A DNA stretch of 64,000 nt from Prevotella sp. UBA2809 (GTDB taxonomy: Bacteria > Bacteroidota > Bacteroidia > Bacteroidales > Bacteroidaceae): contig DEHD01000018.1 of the NCBI GenBank assembly GCA_002351725.1, forward strand, positions 10,519 to 74,518, given 5' to 3'. Below, in pieces: positions 1 to 10,969 of this stretch. The number at the start of each line of letters is the position of its first letter. The first letter of the stretch is position 1. A program made the position numbers and the translations under genes. A model generated the notes under the pieces. That model had not been told where the DNA came from and made no database searches. It worked only from the letters and a program-made list of their open reading frames with translations.

Positions 1-1582
1 TTAGTTTCGCGCTACCATGGCGCAACTGGAACTGCATCAAACCTTCAGCACCCACACGACCAAGCGTCTGTCGGGTGCTAACTTTTTGTCCACGACTAAC
101 GTTTACTGAAGCTAGGTCGCAGTATACAGAAAGGTAACTACCATGACGAACAATTACAACCGTAGTTCCAGCATAGCTGAACACAGCACTAACCTCGCCA
201 TCAAAGATACAACGAACAGCAGCACCAGGCTGGCCTTTTATATCAATACCTTTCTTATCAAGTGTGACATGACCTTTTACATCAGTAACGTGGTTTGTTC
301 CAAAGTGGTTCACGATACGATAGCTTCCAGTGATAGGCATTGGCAGACGTCCACGATTACTCTCGAAATTGCCACTAAGCTGACGGTCTTCTGATGAAAC
401 GGTATATACAGTTTCAGCCTTTTTAGCCTCTGCAACTTCTTTGTCATGAGCCTTTGCATCAGCAGCCGCCTTACGCTCAGCAGCCATTCTGGCACGCTCT
501 GCTTCTGCGGCAGCACGCTCTGCGGCAGCTCTCTCTTCTGCATTCTTTTTGGCAGCAGCTAGTGCTTCGGCCTTAGCCTTCCTTTCCTTTTCCTTTGCTT
601 CGGCTATACGACGTTCGTTCTCTTTACGAGCAGCCTCAGCAGCAGCCTTCTTCTTGGCAAGTTCCTCGGCTTTTCGCTTAGCCTCAGCCTCAGCAGCCTT
701 GCGTTTAGCTTCTGCTTCTGCACGCGCCTTGGCACGGGCTATCTCCTGAGCAATTAGCTTATCAATCTGTGCATTCAGTTCAGCATCGCGTTTCTTTTGT
801 TTCTCAATGATTCCCTGAATGGTCTTCTGCTGTTTCTGAAGCGATGACACCATCTTCTGCTGCTCCACTTGTTTGCCCTCAAGCGATCTGCGCTCCTGCT
901 CACCCCTTACCAAGAGATTGCTCTTCTGCCTCTTTGTATCAGTAAGCTCATCATAAGCCTCAGCCACTTGAGCCTTCATCGATTTCACCGCTTCGGCCTG
1001 ACTCTGCTGATATTTAGCATATTCACGCACAAATCTCATTCGGCGATACATCTGAGAGAGATTCTTGGCACTGAATATAAACATCAGCTGACTCTGCATA
1101 TTGCGATTGCGATGCATATAGCGCATGGACTTCACAAAGCGCTGTTTACGCTCTGCGAGTTCTTTCTCAAGATAATCCATATGAGCCTCAAGCGTATGGA
1201 TATCGCCGTCAAGACGGTTGATGTCATGACGTATAGTATCAATAGACTTACGCTTATCGGCAATCTCATTATTAATAATCAGCAGGTTTTGCAAGCGTTT
1301 CTTTACATCACGCTCATTTGCCTGGAGTTTACGCTGCTGTTCCTCAATCTGTTTACGAACCTTCTGCTGCTCATTTTTCAGACTATTAACCGTAACAGGC
1401 TGCTTGGTAGTGGCAGACTTCTTAGTTGTTGACTTCTTTGTAGTAGTTTTCTTCTTGGCAGTAGTTGTGGTACGCTTTTGCGTAGAAGATTTCTTCGCAT
1501 GCTGTGCCACAGCAGGCGAAGAGAAAGAGATGAGTGCCATCAGCACCATCACCAGATAATTACAACGAAATACTCTATTCAT
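1..1582 (-). CDS. EnvC-like murein hydrolase activator (coiled coil + M23/LytM domain); 3' end runs off the window
   Basis: Not in the ORF track because there is no stop inside the window. ATG at 1582-1580 overlaps the upstream TGA. Hand translation gives a signal peptide (MNRVFRC...SPAVAQ), a long coiled coil, an A/E/K-rich linker, then GRLPMPITG...KKGIDIKG...VIVRHGSYLSVY (degenerate M23). Confidence 0.85.
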   Translation of the reverse strand, partial: MNRVFRCNYLVMVLMALISFSSPAVAQHAKKSSTQKRTTTTAKKKTTTKKSTTKKSATTKQPVTVNSLKNEQQKVRKQIEEQQRKLQANERDVKKRLQNLLIINNEIADKRKSIDTIRHDINRLDGDIHTLEAHMDYLEKELAERKQRFVKSMRYMHRNRNMQSQLMFIFSAKNLSQMYRRMRFVREYAKYQQSQAEAVKSMKAQVAEAYDELTDTKRQKSNLLVRGEQERRSLEGKQVEQQKMVSSLQKQQKTIQGIIEKQKKRDAELNAQIDKLIAQEIARAKARAEAEAKRKAAEAEAKRKAEELAKKKAAAEAARKENERRIAEAKEKERKAKAEALAAAKKNAEERAAAERAAAEAERARMAAERKAAADAKAHDKEVAEAKKAETVYTVSSEDRQLSGNFESNRGRLPMPITGSYRIVNHFGTNHVTDVKGHVTLDKKGIDIKGQPGAAVRCIFDGEVSAVFSYAGTTVVIVRHGSYLSVYCDLASVNVSRGQKVSTRQTLGRVGAEGLMQFQLRHGSAKL

Positions 1583-2439
1583 CACAGAGCCATGAATCGG
1601 CGGAGTATCTCATCCACTGTTACCTCACGATATTTGTTAGACACTTCTGTTCTGGCCTCCCACTCTGTATCAGAACCAAGATAGTTCAGAGTCATACCAA
1701 GTTTAACCTCCTTATCAGGAGTTGTAAGAGTAATCTGATGTTTCTTTGGATACACCTTACGGCTGAACACCTCGAAATCAGAGTAGTCCCAGTTAAGCTG
1801 AGTATTACCATTAAAACGATCCTTATAAAGGATATTTGCCATACGGATTACAGCAGTATTTTTGCTTGCGAGCCAACTGTAGTCCATCTTTCCATCTTCA
1901 TAACTGATAATCATGTCGTCGCCGCTCTCAATAGTAGAGAAATTTGTTTCTGCTACATTCTTAGACAGAATAACAGCATCGCTACCCTGATTAGGCTTGA
2001 AAAGCTCGTTCCAGAACAAAGCCTGAAGAGCCATAAAATTCAGGCCGCTGTTACGCAAGAAATCTATCTGACGATATGGTGCCTTGAGATACTGCTTATT
2101 AATACGGTCCATAATAAGCACGTAATCCTTAGTAAACTCCAAACGACCAGCCTCAACAAATCCGAAGGCCATAAGCTGAAGACGGATAACATCGTTTCGT
2201 CTCATCTTCAGGTTGCCAGTGAGCGTCAACTTCTGTGGGCCAACCTCAACAGAGAACTTTACTTTCGAGGTAATGAACTTTGCCGTCTGCTGGTTTTCAC
2301 GCACCTGACCTAGGAAATCAGTAGCCTGGCGCTGGGCGATTGTTGGCGTAGCATCAACAACCTTCTTGTGTGACTTACACGACACAAGTACTAACGGCAA
2401 TGCCAATACGGCAATTCTTACAATACTTTTTAGTTTCAT
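1582..2439 (-). CDS. DUF4292-like lipoprotein
   Basis: Lipobox LVSC; position between the TPR gene and envC-like gene is typical of Bacteroidales. Confidence 0.7.
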   Translation of the reverse strand: MKLKSIVRIAVLALPLVLVSCKSHKKVVDATPTIAQRQATDFLGQVRENQQTAKFITSKVKFSVEVGPQKLTLTGNLKMRRNDVIRLQLMAFGFVEAGRLEFTKDYVLIMDRINKQYLKAPYRQIDFLRNSGLNFMALQALFWNELFKPNQGSDAVILSKNVAETNFSTIESGDDMIISYEDGKMDYSWLASKNTAVIRMANILYKDRFNGNTQLNWDYSDFEVFSRKVYPKKHQITLTTPDKEVKLGMTLNYLGSDTEWEARTEVSNKYREVTVDEILRRFMAL

Positions 2440-4040
2440 TATCTATCTATTTTTTGTTTTATTTTGTCTGCATGTTCTTTAATCACGGAGTTGTCCTGAT
2501 TCTCATCCATGTTCTGAAGCGCCTGATCAATATATATCTGAGCCTCCGAATAGCGCCCTAACATATAGAGAATCCAGGCATAAGTATCAAGATAGGTAGC
2601 ATTCTTAGGCTCAGCCTTGATGGTCTTGAAACTCATCTGTTCAGCCTTGGTAAGCTGCTCGCCTGTCTCACTAAGGAAATATGCGTAGTTATTCAAACAT
2701 CCCATATTGTCGTCCTTCCACTGAAGGCATGAGTCATATGCCTCATACGATTCTTTTACAAGGCCCTTCTGATGTAAGATATCGCCCATAACGGCATAGA
2801 AGTCGGATACTATGGCAGGATCGCTATCTTCTTTGATAACCCCGATACCATTCTTGAAAGCAGAAAGAGCAGCATCAAGACTATCGCGACGATAGAAAGC
2901 CACTCCTTGATAATAATAGAAAGCCATCTCGTCGGGGTTATACTGGCGTGCATCCTGACAGAGAGAGATTACACGTTCCATGTCATCGTCCTCCCAAGCA
3001 TAACCAATAAGTTGCAGTCGGGCTGAAGAATTATCCGGAGCTATTGCGAGTGCCTTTTCAAGCACCTTGCCAATACTGTCTTTTGGCATCTTTTTAATAT
3101 TCATATAAGATGCGCACAAGATAGCCATATTCTCATCAGTCTGTGGCTGCTTCAAGATCTTATCAAACAACTGCAGAACCCTTGTGCTGTCACCTCCGGC
3201 ATTCTCACTTGCCGAGATTTCCTGGCGTAACAGATGCATTTTCTCCTCCATCGTAGAGTTCTTGTTCAAGAGCACACGTTCTGTAAGAGAATCAGCGATC
3301 TCTTTATGATTCAGGGCCTGATGATATGTGCGTAGCGACATCAACACACGATTGTTATCCGGTTCTTCCTTAAGAATCTTGTCATAGACCTTTAGTGCCT
3401 TCTTCAACTGGCCATTCATCATCAACGTTTCACCATAGAGTGCCAGATAGTTAAAGTCGTTAGGATATTTCTCCGATAAAGCTTTAATCTCAGCAATTGC
3501 GGCTTTTTTGTTTCCCTTACGAGTATAAATCTCGCTCTTTGCCATAGAAAGACGTTCATTCTTTCCGTCGATAGTTTCCAAACGGTTCAGCACCTGCACG
3601 GCATTATCAAGATCATCTACCTGCTGATACAGTTGGAAGAGCATCTCCAAAAGATCCTCACGTTCCTTATCACGGGCATATATCTTTTCCACTACAGGTA
3701 TGGCTGCCTCATAATCCTGCTGACGTATGTAAGCCTGAGCAAGCGTTTCCATATAGATTTCGTTGTCAGGATCGAGCGATGCAGCCTTTTTTATGTACTC
3801 AAGACTTTTGTCTGTATTCTTTAGGGCATTAAAGTATTGTGCCAGGAAATACCATGCCTCAGGTGCTTCGGGATTTATCTCCAGACAATGGCGCAGAAGG
3901 TCAAAGGCAGCATCATTATTGCCTTTCTGCCGCTGTACCATTGCTTCGAGGAAGAACTCATCATAGGTCCGTTGTCCGTAACCAGTGGTTACAGATAGCA
4001 ATAGCAACAACGACAACCCTATCTTCTTCATTCCAATCAT
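2439..4040 (-). CDS. secreted tetratricopeptide-repeat protein
   Basis: Signal peptide, many TPR-like helical repeats, C-terminal LNNYAY...YLDTYAWILY. Confidence 0.85.
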   Translation of the reverse strand: MIGMKKIGLSLLLLLSVTTGYGQRTYDEFFLEAMVQRQKGNNDAAFDLLRHCLEINPEAPEAWYFLAQYFNALKNTDKSLEYIKKAASLDPDNEIYMETLAQAYIRQQDYEAAIPVVEKIYARDKEREDLLEMLFQLYQQVDDLDNAVQVLNRLETIDGKNERLSMAKSEIYTRKGNKKAAIAEIKALSEKYPNDFNYLALYGETLMMNGQLKKALKVYDKILKEEPDNNRVLMSLRTYHQALNHKEIADSLTERVLLNKNSTMEEKMHLLRQEISASENAGGDSTRVLQLFDKILKQPQTDENMAILCASYMNIKKMPKDSIGKVLEKALAIAPDNSSARLQLIGYAWEDDDMERVISLCQDARQYNPDEMAFYYYQGVAFYRRDSLDAALSAFKNGIGVIKEDSDPAIVSDFYAVMGDILHQKGLVKESYEAYDSCLQWKDDNMGCLNNYAYFLSETGEQLTKAEQMSFKTIKAEPKNATYLDTYAWILYMLGRYSEAQIYIDQALQNMDENQDNSVIKEHADKIKQKIDR

Positions 4041-4477
4041 TATTTCACGCCAGTATGTCCGTAACCGCCCTCGCCTCTTTCTGTCTCATCGAGCACGTCA
4101 ACAGGGATAAACTCACCCTGCTCATGGCGGGCTATCACCATCTGGGCTATACGTTCACCATCCTCAACAACAAAATCCTCATTAGACAAGTTGATAAGCA
4201 CAACACCTATCTCACCACGATAGTCAGCATCGATGGTTCCTGGGGTGTTAAGTACAGTGATACCTTTTTTCAGTGCCAAACCACTTCGAGGACGAACCTG
4301 TGCCTCGAATCCTACAGGCAGAGCGATATGCAATCCTGTTGGGATAAGCTTACGCTCCAGAGGTTTCAGTGTTATAGGTTCATCTATATTTGCTCTCAGA
4401 TCCATGCCGGCACTCTGCTCTGTGGCATACTGTGGCAAGGGCTGGTGACCTTTGTTTACGACTTTTATTTTCAGCAT
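4040..4477 (-). CDS. dut: dUTP diphosphatase
   Basis: Motifs [28 protein letters not shown]. Confidence 0.97.
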   Translation of the reverse strand: MLKIKVVNKGHQPLPQYATEQSAGMDLRANIDEPITLKPLERKLIPTGLHIALPVGFEAQVRPRSGLALKKGITVLNTPGTIDADYRGEIGVVLINLSNEDFVVEDGERIAQMVIARHEQGEFIPVDVLDETERGEGGYGHTGVK

Positions 4478-4505
4478 AATTTAAAATTATATTTTAATCA
4501 ATGTG

Positions 4506-4615
4506 CAAAGGTAGTGCTTTTAGCTTAGAAATAAGCCTTTCGAGGCCTAATTTTTTGATTTTTTCGTTAATTTCTGCGAAATGTGCTTATACTGCGGGTA
4601 TTTTTCGTACCTTTG
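4506..4615. promoter_or_regulatory. divergent Bacteroidota sigma70 -7 boxes (dut operon / dgt operon)
   Basis: TACCTTTG on the - strand at 4513-4506 and on the + strand at 4608-4615; both match TAnnTTTG. Confidence 0.7.
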
Positions 4616-4625
4616 CACCCTGATT

Positions 4626-5966
4626 ATGATGAATTGGCAACAACTTATATCAAACAAGCGTCTTGGTCAGGAGCATCGTCATCCTGAACGCCACGATGAC
4701 AGAACAGAGTTTAAGCGCGATTATGACCGCCTAATATTCTCTGCTCCGTTCCGCCGTCTGCAGAACAAAACCCAGGTATTTCCTCTACCGGGTAGCATTT
4801 TTGTACACAACCGTCTGACGCACTCACTCGAAGTAGCCAGCGTGGGAATGTCATTGGGCAATGATGTAGCAACACAGCTTACCAAGAAGCACCCAGAACT
4901 CAAGGAAGGTCTTTTCCAGGAGATAGGTCAGATTGTGGCAACAGCCTGCCTGGCTCACGATCTTGGAAATCCACCTTTCGGACATAGTGGCGAGAAGGCC
5001 ATCCAATCGTTCTTCACAGAGGGTGCAGGCTACGATCTTCAGCGTCAGGTTAGTCCGATATTCTGGAACGACATGATACACTTCGAGGGTAATGCCAATG
5101 CTTTCCGCCTGCTCACCCATCAGTTCAAGGGTCGTCGTCCCGGCGGTTTTGTAATGACTTATTCCACTCTTGCCAGCATCGTAAAATATCCATACTCTTC
5201 AAGTGCTGCCAGTAAGAAGGGTAAGTTCGGATTCTTTGACTCCGAGAAAGCCTATTATCGCCGCATAGCTGACGAGCTCGGCATTCCATGCAAATCAGAG
5301 GTTGGAGAACCACTACGTTATGCTCGCCATCCACTGGTATACCTTGTTGAGGCTGCAGATGACATCTGTTACGAGATTATGGACATCGAGGACGCGCACA
5401 AACTTAAGATTATTTCGCATGAAGAAACAATGCAACTTTTACTTGCATTCTTCGATGAAGATACTCAGGAGCACATCCTCAAGCGCTTAGAGGACGAGAG
5501 AGTTGATGATAACAATGAGAAGATTGTATATCTTCGTGCCTGTGTAATAGGAAAACTTGAAAACGAATGCGTACGCGTGTTTGTTGATCATGAGGATGAC
5601 ATTCTCAACGGAGAGTTCCAAGGTAGTCTTATCGACCACATCAGCGATTTGCCACAAAAGGCATATAAGAACTGTTGTTCACTGTCAGTAGCCCGTATCT
5701 ACAAGAGTCGTCCTGTGCTGGATGTTGAACTATCAGGTTATCAAATTATTCAGACACTCATGGAGCAGTTCATAAATGCAGCTGTGCATCCTGAGCGATT
5801 CTACTCCAAACACCTTATTAGTCGAGTGTCAAGTCAGTACGACATTGACGCACCCGACCTTGAAACCCGTATTATGGCGATAATCGATTATATAAGCGGT
5901 ATGACCGACGTATATGCACTTGATGTGTACCAGAAGATTAATGGCATATCGCTTCCTATTATTTAA
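4626..5966 (+). CDS. dgt: dGTP triphosphohydrolase (HD domain)
   Basis: RRLQNKTQVF, HNRLTHSLEV, AHDLGNPPFGHSGE, YISGMTD. Start moved to ATG 4626, downstream of the -7 box. Confidence 0.93.
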   Translation: MMNWQQLISNKRLGQEHRHPERHDDRTEFKRDYDRLIFSAPFRRLQNKTQVFPLPGSIFVHNRLTHSLEVASVGMSLGNDVATQLTKKHPELKEGLFQEIGQIVATACLAHDLGNPPFGHSGEKAIQSFFTEGAGYDLQRQVSPIFWNDMIHFEGNANAFRLLTHQFKGRRPGGFVMTYSTLASIVKYPYSSSAASKKGKFGFFDSEKAYYRRIADELGIPCKSEVGEPLRYARHPLVYLVEAADDICYEIMDIEDAHKLKIISHEETMQLLLAFFDEDTQEHILKRLEDERVDDNNEKIVYLRACVIGKLENECVRVFVDHEDDILNGEFQGSLIDHISDLPQKAYKNCCSLSVARIYKSRPVLDVELSGYQIIQTLMEQFINAAVHPERFYSKHLISRVSSQYDIDAPDLETRIMAIIDYISGMTDVYALDVYQKINGISLPII

Positions 5967-5973
5967 TTAAAGA

Positions 5974-7284
5974 ATGATGAAGAAGTTATATATTGAAACG
6001 TATGGCTGCCAGATGAACGTGGCAGATTCTGAAGTAGTAGCATCGGTAATGCAGATGGCTGGTTACGAGACCACCGAGACTCTTGATGAGGCCGATGCAG
6101 TTTTCCTTAATACCTGTTCAGTTCGTGATAATGCAGAACAGAAGATTTTCCACCGCCTGGATGCTCTGGATGCAGAGCGCCGTAAAGGACACCAAATGAT
6201 ACTTGGCGTGCTTGGCTGTATGGCCGAGCGTGCTCAGCAGGACTTGCTCGACAACCACCACTGCGATCTTGTGGCTGGTCCTGATGCATATCTCTCGCTG
6301 CCCGATCTTATTGCTCAGGCCGAGTTAGGTCATAAAGCCATGAACACAGAGCTCTCTACTACAGAGACTTACAAGGATGTTGTTCCACAACGCATTGGCA
6401 TTGGTCATAAGATTGGTGGATTTGTAAGCATTATGCGTGGCTGTAACAATTTCTGTCACTATTGTATTGTGCCTTACACCCGTGGTCGTGAGCGTAGTCG
6501 TGATGTAGAAAGTATTCTGCGTGAGGTGCGCGATTTGCGCGACAAAGGATACAAAGAGGTTACTCTGCTGGGACAGAATGTAAACTCATATAAATTAGGC
6601 GATATGGATTTCCCCGCCTTGCTCCGCAGGGTAGCTGAGGAGGTACCCACTATGCGAGTACGCTTCACCACATCGCATCCAAAAGACATGAGCGATGAGA
6701 CTCTGCGCGTTATCGCCGAAATGCCTAATGTGTGCAAGCATATCCACCTGCCAGTACAGAGTGGAAGCGACAGGATCCTAAAGCTTATGAACCGCAAGTA
6801 TACTCGCGAGTGGTACATGGATCGTGTAAACGCCATCCGTCGTATCATCCCTGATTGCGGACTATCTACAGATATCTTTGTAGGCTATCATTCAGAAACA
6901 GAGGAGGACCATCAGTTGTCACTCTCACTTATGCGCGAGGTGGGCTACGATTCGGCCTTCATGTTCAAATACTCTGAGCGCCCAGGTACCTACGCTTCTA
7001 AGCATCTGCCCGACGATGTGGCCGAAGAAGAGAAGATTCGCCGACTGAACGAACTCATCGCCCTGCAGACAGAGATGTCGGCCATTCAGAACAAGAAGGA
7101 CGAGGGTAAGGAGTTCGACGTATTGGTAGAGGGATTTTCAAAGCGCTCTCGCGAGCAGCTGTGCGGTCGCACTGAGCAGAACAAGATGGTGGTATTCCCC
7201 AAGGCCGGTCACCACATTGGCGAGACCGTTCGTGTAGAAATTTCAGGCAGTACAAGTGCTACATTATTAGGAGAGGCCCTATGA
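5974..7284 (+). CDS. miaB: tRNA-2-methylthio-N6-dimethylallyladenosine synthase
   Basis: TYGCQMN, NTCSVR, radical-SAM CNNFCHYC, C-terminal TRAM domain. Confidence 0.95.
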   Translation: MMKKLYIETYGCQMNVADSEVVASVMQMAGYETTETLDEADAVFLNTCSVRDNAEQKIFHRLDALDAERRKGHQMILGVLGCMAERAQQDLLDNHHCDLVAGPDAYLSLPDLIAQAELGHKAMNTELSTTETYKDVVPQRIGIGHKIGGFVSIMRGCNNFCHYCIVPYTRGRERSRDVESILREVRDLRDKGYKEVTLLGQNVNSYKLGDMDFPALLRRVAEEVPTMRVRFTTSHPKDMSDETLRVIAEMPNVCKHIHLPVQSGSDRILKLMNRKYTREWYMDRVNAIRRIIPDCGLSTDIFVGYHSETEEDHQLSLSLMREVGYDSAFMFKYSERPGTYASKHLPDDVAEEEKIRRLNELIALQTEMSAIQNKKDEGKEFDVLVEGFSKRSREQLCGRTEQNKMVVFPKAGHHIGETVRVEISGSTSATLLGEAL

Positions 7285-9110
7285 AAGAATTCATGCAAGT
7301 TCTGAAACGGTTTGTTTTACCGTACAAGAAGTATGTCGTTTTGTCGATTGTATTCAATATCCTTTCGGCACTGTTAAACATCTTCTCTTTTGCGGCATTG
7401 ATACCTATTCTTCAGATACTGTTCAAGACAGGCGATAATGTCGCTGTTACAACCCTGATGGAATGGAGTGATGGAAGTTTTAAAGATGTGGCCGTCAACA
7501 ACATCTATTATTACATCAACACCTTCATCACCGATATGGGTTCAACTACCACGTTGCTCTTTATCGGACTCTTCCTTATTTTTGCAACGCTGTTGAAGAC
7601 GGCCGCTTACTTCCTGGCATCCTCCAGTGTTGTTCCCATCCGCACGGGTGTGGTAAGAGACATGCGCAATCAGCTCTACAAAAAGATTGTTGCCCTGCCA
7701 CTTGGTTTCTTTACCGAAGAGCGCAAAGGTGATATCATTGCCCGCATGACAGGCGACGTACAAGAGGTTGAGACCAGCATCATGTCGTCGTTAGACCTGA
7801 TGTTTAAGAACCCTATTCTGATTATATCTTACTTCACCACACTGATAGTCATCTCTTGGCAACTGACATTGTTCTCTGTCATCATCATCCCGCTCATTGG
7901 TTGGTTTATGGGTTGGATTGGTCGCAAGCTTAAAGCTCAAAGTATTCAGGCTCAGTCTCTGTGGAGCGACACGATGAGTGTGGTTGACGAGACCTTAGGC
8001 GGTCTTCGCATCATCAAGGCCTTCTGTGCCGAAGGTAAGATGCTCGAAAAGTTCAACCGCATCAACTCTACCTACCGTCACGACATCATGTGGGTCAATA
8101 TCCGTCAGAATATCGGTCATCCGCTTTCAGAGTTTCTGGGCACCTGTATGATTGTCATTGTGCTTTGGTTTGGTGGTGTGCTGGTGCTTAACGATGGTTC
8201 ACTTTCTGGTCCTACCTTTATTTATTATATGGTGATTCTGTACTCTATCATCAACCCATTGAAGGAGGTTTCCAAGGTGGGCTACAATATTCCCAAGGGC
8301 TTGGCCTCGATGGAGCGTATCGACAAGATCCTGTTGGCCGAGAATACGATTAAGGAAGTTGAGAATCCCAAGTCTATTCCCAGTTTCGAGCATCAGATAG
8401 AGTTCCGCAACGTATCATTCCGCTATGGTGAACAATGGGTATTGAGAGACATCAACCTCACCATACCTAAGGGCAAAACGATAGCTATTGTAGGCCAAAG
8501 CGGTAGTGGAAAATCTACTCTTGTAGACCTCATCCCACGCTACTACGATGTTCAAGAGGGCGAGGTACTCATTGATGGAATAAACGTTAAGGATCTTGGC
8601 ATCCACGATTTGCGCCAGCTTATTGGTAATGTGAATCAGGAGGCAATATTGTTCAACGATTCCTTCCGCAACAACATCTCATTTGGCGTTGACAACGCCA
8701 CTCAGCAGCAGATAGAAGAGGCAGCCAAGATAGCCAACGCCTACGATTTCATCATGGCCTCCGAAGAAGGTTTCGACACCAATATAGGCGATCGTGGCGG
8801 TCGCCTGTCAGGCGGTCAGCGCCAGCGTGTGTCTATCGCTCGCGCCATCTTGAAGAACCCGCCCATCCTCATTCTCGACGAGGCCACTTCGGCCCTCGAT
8901 ACCGAGAGCGAGCGCCTGGTTCAGGATGCCCTCGAGCGCTTGATGAGGACCCGCACTACAGTGGCCATTGCTCACCGCTTGTCAACCATCAAGAATGCTG
9001 ATGAGATCTGCGTTCTGCACGAGGGCCGCATCGTGGAGCGCGGCACCCATGACGAGCTGCTCGCCATCGACGGACACTATAAGAAACTTACCGACATGCA
9101 GGCATTATAA
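7281..9110 (+). CDS. ABC exporter, fused permease/ATPase (MsbA-like)
   Basis: N-terminal transmembrane domain; GQSGSGKST, LSGGQRQR, DEATSALD. Confidence 0.9.
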   Translation: MKEFMQVLKRFVLPYKKYVVLSIVFNILSALLNIFSFAALIPILQILFKTGDNVAVTTLMEWSDGSFKDVAVNNIYYYINTFITDMGSTTTLLFIGLFLIFATLLKTAAYFLASSSVVPIRTGVVRDMRNQLYKKIVALPLGFFTEERKGDIIARMTGDVQEVETSIMSSLDLMFKNPILIISYFTTLIVISWQLTLFSVIIIPLIGWFMGWIGRKLKAQSIQAQSLWSDTMSVVDETLGGLRIIKAFCAEGKMLEKFNRINSTYRHDIMWVNIRQNIGHPLSEFLGTCMIVIVLWFGGVLVLNDGSLSGPTFIYYMVILYSIINPLKEVSKVGYNIPKGLASMERIDKILLAENTIKEVENPKSIPSFEHQIEFRNVSFRYGEQWVLRDINLTIPKGKTIAIVGQSGSGKSTLVDLIPRYYDVQEGEVLIDGINVKDLGIHDLRQLIGNVNQEAILFNDSFRNNISFGVDNATQQQIEEAAKIANAYDFIMASEEGFDTNIGDRGGRLSGGQRQRVSIARAILKNPPILILDEATSALDTESERLVQDALERLMRTRTTVAIAHRLSTIKNADEICVLHEGRIVERGTHDELLAIDGHYKKLTDMQAL

Positions 9111-9124
9111 TCAGACTGAGAACC

Positions 9125-10924
9125 ATGTTACAAAGAGTTCTTTATCTTTTAAAGACCTACCTGTTGACGATGCTGTTTTTCATCATCGCCAAGGTGGCGT
9201 TCATGCTCTATAACAGCAGTCAGGCGTTCTCTGCCGGCGATGTTTTGGCGGTATTGTGGCATGGGCTGAGTCTTGATTTCAGCACGGCGCTCTACATCAT
9301 CAGCGTACCCTTCCTGGTGTGTGCCGCATCCATCTGGTTAGGCGGCATCAAGACGCTACGCATCCTGTTGCGTGCCTACTATCTGCTGATAGCTGTAGCT
9401 ATCACGCTGGCCTTTGTTGCTGATACCAGTCTGTATGAGTTCTGGTTATTCAAGCTCGACTCCTCGTGCCTGCAGTATCTCGAAACGCCGACCGAGGCGA
9501 TGGCGAGTGTCTCTCTGGGCTATATCGTCATCCGCATCATCGTCATAGCCGTTGTTTCGGCCCTCATCTGGTGGGCCTACACGCATCCACGTTTCAGCAT
9601 CACTCCCGGTCACCATCACATCATGGAGTCGATAGTCGCCCTGCTTTGTATCCCGCTGATAATCATCGGCATACGTGGTGGCTTAGGCGAGTCGACTACC
9701 AATATCGGACAGGTATATTTCTCGCAGAATCAGTTTCTGAATCACTCAGCCGTCAACCCTGTTTTCAATTTTATAGATTCTTTCGATAAGGCTGACGTCG
9801 AATATAGTTTCATGAGCGACGAAGCGTGCAACAAGCTGATGAGCGAGCTTTACAACACGCAAAGCATCAACTGCGACACGCTGCTCAACACCCAGCACCC
9901 CAACATCATCATTATCCTGTTGGAAGGTTGCGGAGGTGAGTTTACAGAAATCGGAGGAAGAACGGACATTACTCCAAATCTGAACAAACTGGCCAAAGAA
10001 GGTATTTATTTTACAAACTGTTATGGAAACACATGGCGCACCGACCGTGGAACAGTATGTGCATTGAGTGGTTATCCTTCATTCCCCACAATGTCGGTAA
10101 TGAAGATCCCATCAAAGTCGCGCTCACTACCCAACATAGCCCGCACACTACAAAAGGAGCGAGGTTATAACACGTCGTATATTTATGGTGGAGACATTAA
10201 TTTCACCAACATGCGCAGCTATCTTATCAGTGGAGGTTTTGAAAATCTTACATGGATGAAGGATTACAGCGCAGAAGAACAAAAGACTGCTCAATGGGGT
10301 GTACGTGATGATATTACCTTCAAAACGCTATATCAGATGGCTACAAATACGAAACAGCCATTCTTGATTGGCTTCTCTACCCTGAGCAGTCATTCGCCCT
10401 GGGATGTGCCCATTCACCATTTCGACGACGAGGTCATCAACTCGTTCTATTATCTCGATCAGTGTATTGGCGATTTCATCCAGAAGCTCCGCAAGAGTGC
10501 CGCTTGGAAGAACACCCTCGTGGTGATGCTGCCCGATCACGGCATCCCGCATAACGGCTTAGACGAAACCACATCTCTGCTCAACCACATCCCAATGATA
10601 TGGGTGGGTGGTGCCGTAAAGGCGCCCCGGAAGATTGAGCTAGTCTGCAATCAAACCGACCTGCCCGCCACCTTATTAGGTCAGTTGGGCGTACCTCACG
10701 ACGATTTCTCTTTCAGTCGCGATGTGTTGAGTGCTACTTATACCCATCCTTTCGCCACTCACACCTTCGACAATGGCTTCTCGATGGTTGATAGCGCCAG
10801 TTTTGTAAGCTTCGACTTTGTCAGCAACAAGGTCATTGCGGAGGAAGGAAAGCGAAACGAGCAGCTCCTCACGATAGGCAAAGCGATACTCCAAGCCGCA
10901 TCAGATGACCTTAAGGGAAGGTGA
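9125..10924 (+). CDS. LTA synthase (LtaS)-family membrane phosphotransferase, sulfatase fold
   Basis: Several N-terminal TM helices, NIIIILLE, WRTDRG, SSHSPW, PDHG. Confidence 0.85.
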   Translation: MLQRVLYLLKTYLLTMLFFIIAKVAFMLYNSSQAFSAGDVLAVLWHGLSLDFSTALYIISVPFLVCAASIWLGGIKTLRILLRAYYLLIAVAITLAFVADTSLYEFWLFKLDSSCLQYLETPTEAMASVSLGYIVIRIIVIAVVSALIWWAYTHPRFSITPGHHHIMESIVALLCIPLIIIGIRGGLGESTTNIGQVYFSQNQFLNHSAVNPVFNFIDSFDKADVEYSFMSDEACNKLMSELYNTQSINCDTLLNTQHPNIIIILLEGCGGEFTEIGGRTDITPNLNKLAKEGIYFTNCYGNTWRTDRGTVCALSGYPSFPTMSVMKIPSKSRSLPNIARTLQKERGYNTSYIYGGDINFTNMRSYLISGGFENLTWMKDYSAEEQKTAQWGVRDDITFKTLYQMATNTKQPFLIGFSTLSSHSPWDVPIHHFDDEVINSFYYLDQCIGDFIQKLRKSAAWKNTLVVMLPDHGIPHNGLDETTSLLNHIPMIWVGGAVKAPRKIELVCNQTDLPATLLGQLGVPHDDFSFSRDVLSATYTHPFATHTFDNGFSMVDSASFVSFDFVSNKVIAEEGKRNEQLLTIGKAILQAASDDLKGR

Positions 10925-10941
10925 AAAGGTGAAAGGGTGAA
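10918..10941 (+). repeat. octamer tandem repeat (AAGGTGAA x3, one variant) supplying the stop codon of the upstream gene
   Basis: aaggtgaa aaggtgaa agggtgaa read directly from the sequence. Confidence 0.7.
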
Positions 10942-10969
10942 TCATTAATTAATATATAGAGAAAAAAAA

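Noticed and set aside
4626-5966. dGTPase as an anti-phage nucleotide-depletion gene
   Set aside because: It sits in a housekeeping context (divergent from dut, upstream of miaB) with nothing indicating a defence island.
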